Shown here: piece by piece, positions 59,101 to 59,415 of the stretch
Position numbering within the stretch: the first letter of the stretch is position 1
Layout: the number at the start of each line of letters is the position of its first letter
Virus record (IMG/VR): IMGVR_UViG_3300020403_000009
Span: 1 to 59,415 of that record
DNA length: 59,415 bases
Direction: 5' to 3' (one strand)
From: a virus
Taxonomy: Duplodnaviria; Caudoviricetes
The notes under the pieces: generated by a model
What the model saw: the letters and a program-made list of their open reading frames with translations, nothing else
Databases searched by the model: none
What the model was told of the DNA's origin: nothing
Translations under genes and position numbers: made by a program

Positions 59101-59415
59101 TTGTAAAATATCTAAAGCCTTAGCCCTTACCTCAGCATTACTAGGTTTTTCTTTTGTTTTTCTATTTGGAGTGTTTTTAAACCTGTTGATTTTGGAGCGT
59201 AGACTCCTAAAGAACTGTAACCCGTCTGGTATTGTTCTAAACACTGCGGGTAATGTTTCTCCTTTTTTCAGCGCTTCCTCCAAGGCTGTATTAATATCAG
59301 AGGCTTTGAATCCACGACCTATTAATACTGCTTTGATAGCTGTATCAGAAAAACCTTGCGCTCTTCCTTGCTCTACTACACCTTCGATTGTTATAGCTTC
59401 TCCTTCTATTGGAGC
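56140..59415 (-). CDS. Giant virion protein, C-terminal part (5' truncated by the window)
   Basis: The frame of the 1047-aa ORF stays open to 59415 (APIEGEAITIEG...); ENYFP motif and amphipathic C-terminus. Confidence 0.8.
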   Translation of the reverse strand, partial: APIEGEAITIEGVVEQGRAQGFSDTAIKAVLIGRGFKASDINTALEEALKKGETLPAVFRTIPDGLQFFRSLRSKINRFKNTPNRKTKEKPSNAEVRAKALDILQNTEEYKNLPENQQNELILAIDKFVGSRANKTIQREITRVKNLVKGFKKGVKDLRSAQIELKNFIRTVMPKSQGYSETDIANAISIVTDVKSINDLPAAIERVIKKVETARERKKNSLISKLQKFVSSKAKVIPRGSKKRKSKGLDAQGQQFFSQLNQILKAALGSNAINRMAVIANELSDIERYNEIIAKEARGEKLTVKESKYLDKSIAFEMFADIKDKSLEEVQDLFEDLQSGAESSRKVVKEKRIRKAEKDARLQEQVTSQIEKDFGILFKTDKNGKKVLKSIKEIRADIKEINKSFAKLKIWQGLKNLYKYYDFTVGKNISAFFRTKIAHLGSLTRILDNYSLTGFFQEQVYDRLNIMSENSLKGKFYQQKIIDSIADSVEGIEGGYSGILKKLQTIGIVEITEGNKKVEYTADQIMRMYALSLNDVQKKRLEKEGIKNIKEIKDILGPELVSFTDRIVDYLSNDYFEGLNDIYSDVNDANLGYIENYFPTASISDADQVSLLDGDFNKVLGLENASALKERTAKDLPLDLEFGFSYTLENYINSMERYKAYASGTRELNTIFNTEAVKTLLDKNVLDIDNLIRSSINFEINPTYGLRNEIKDSTRKIFSWFTSYALSFKFIQIPKQMTSFVNAFNEHQFRPGKYTPVIDTLSFLAEYALVLANFRSNLKKMKEVSATFRERLEKGLEGDIHSLESGGLFQYLPETSAKATRLRRNFRKAAASPTVLGDVLGVMGYVANYNRNIKNGMSQAEALKAFNNYNATQQSRRNTEKSPIQRAKGYNRVFTSFGSTLFLQMNRVAMAQRNIFAKHLLKGKMPPTRDIRDLALNLSIANALFVATSNIARLWAGDDEDRKEVYLAIAEAAIGLNLLYQIPLFGVAAEQVVQRAEVGLGLRKRVTTSSPIVNPFNAFWFKLNRFIKEPTYFSAIKGVIDGVLGVQTDPAVGVINLFKDMEADEGEIYDFIGISKSYRPRDKKTQGPPPD

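Noticed and set aside
59400-59415. Exact circular closure of the window
   Set aside because: No terminal overlap seen, and the direct join is out of frame.

Overview
This is an AT-rich, densely coding, probably near-complete genome of a short-tailed dsDNA phage with a crAss-like/marine-flavophage gene layout. The host is most likely Bacteroidota, because TTTG-N20-TAnnTTTG promoters and A-rich, SD-less starts are present. The minus strand (40053 down to 1, continuing at 59415 down to 56140) carries the late block: GroEL/GroES, a run of tiny basic proteins, head spike and fibres, lysis genes, terminase, portal, scaffold, major capsid protein, tail rings, a split tail nozzle, and ejection proteins. 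It ends in a giant HExxH-containing protein that is open at both window edges. The plus strand (40510-56073) carries early and replication genes: amidoligase, a GATase-GGCT fusion, two DnaA-domain-IV proteins, a ParB-like protein, SSAP/exonuclease, primase-helicase, an SF2 helicase, nucleases and a phosphoesterase. I recognised no DNA polymerase, integrase, tRNA or CRISPR array. Best candidate for an undescribed system: a coupled three-gene cassette (two-domain prolyl-4-hydroxylase, radical SAM/SPASM enzyme, GT60 hydroxyproline-GlcNAc-transferase-like enzyme) inserted among (Pro-Thr/Pro-Ser)n virion proteins inside the split nozzle gene. It looks like a phage-encoded pathway for making hydroxyproline-rich glycoproteins. 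Also seen: a type III hammerhead ribozyme, a dispersed 18-bp palindrome that reads SVVNDT in coding linkers, two paralogous origin-like elements, and an overprinted MPFKS gene. All family assignments come from motif recognition by eye; no searches were run.
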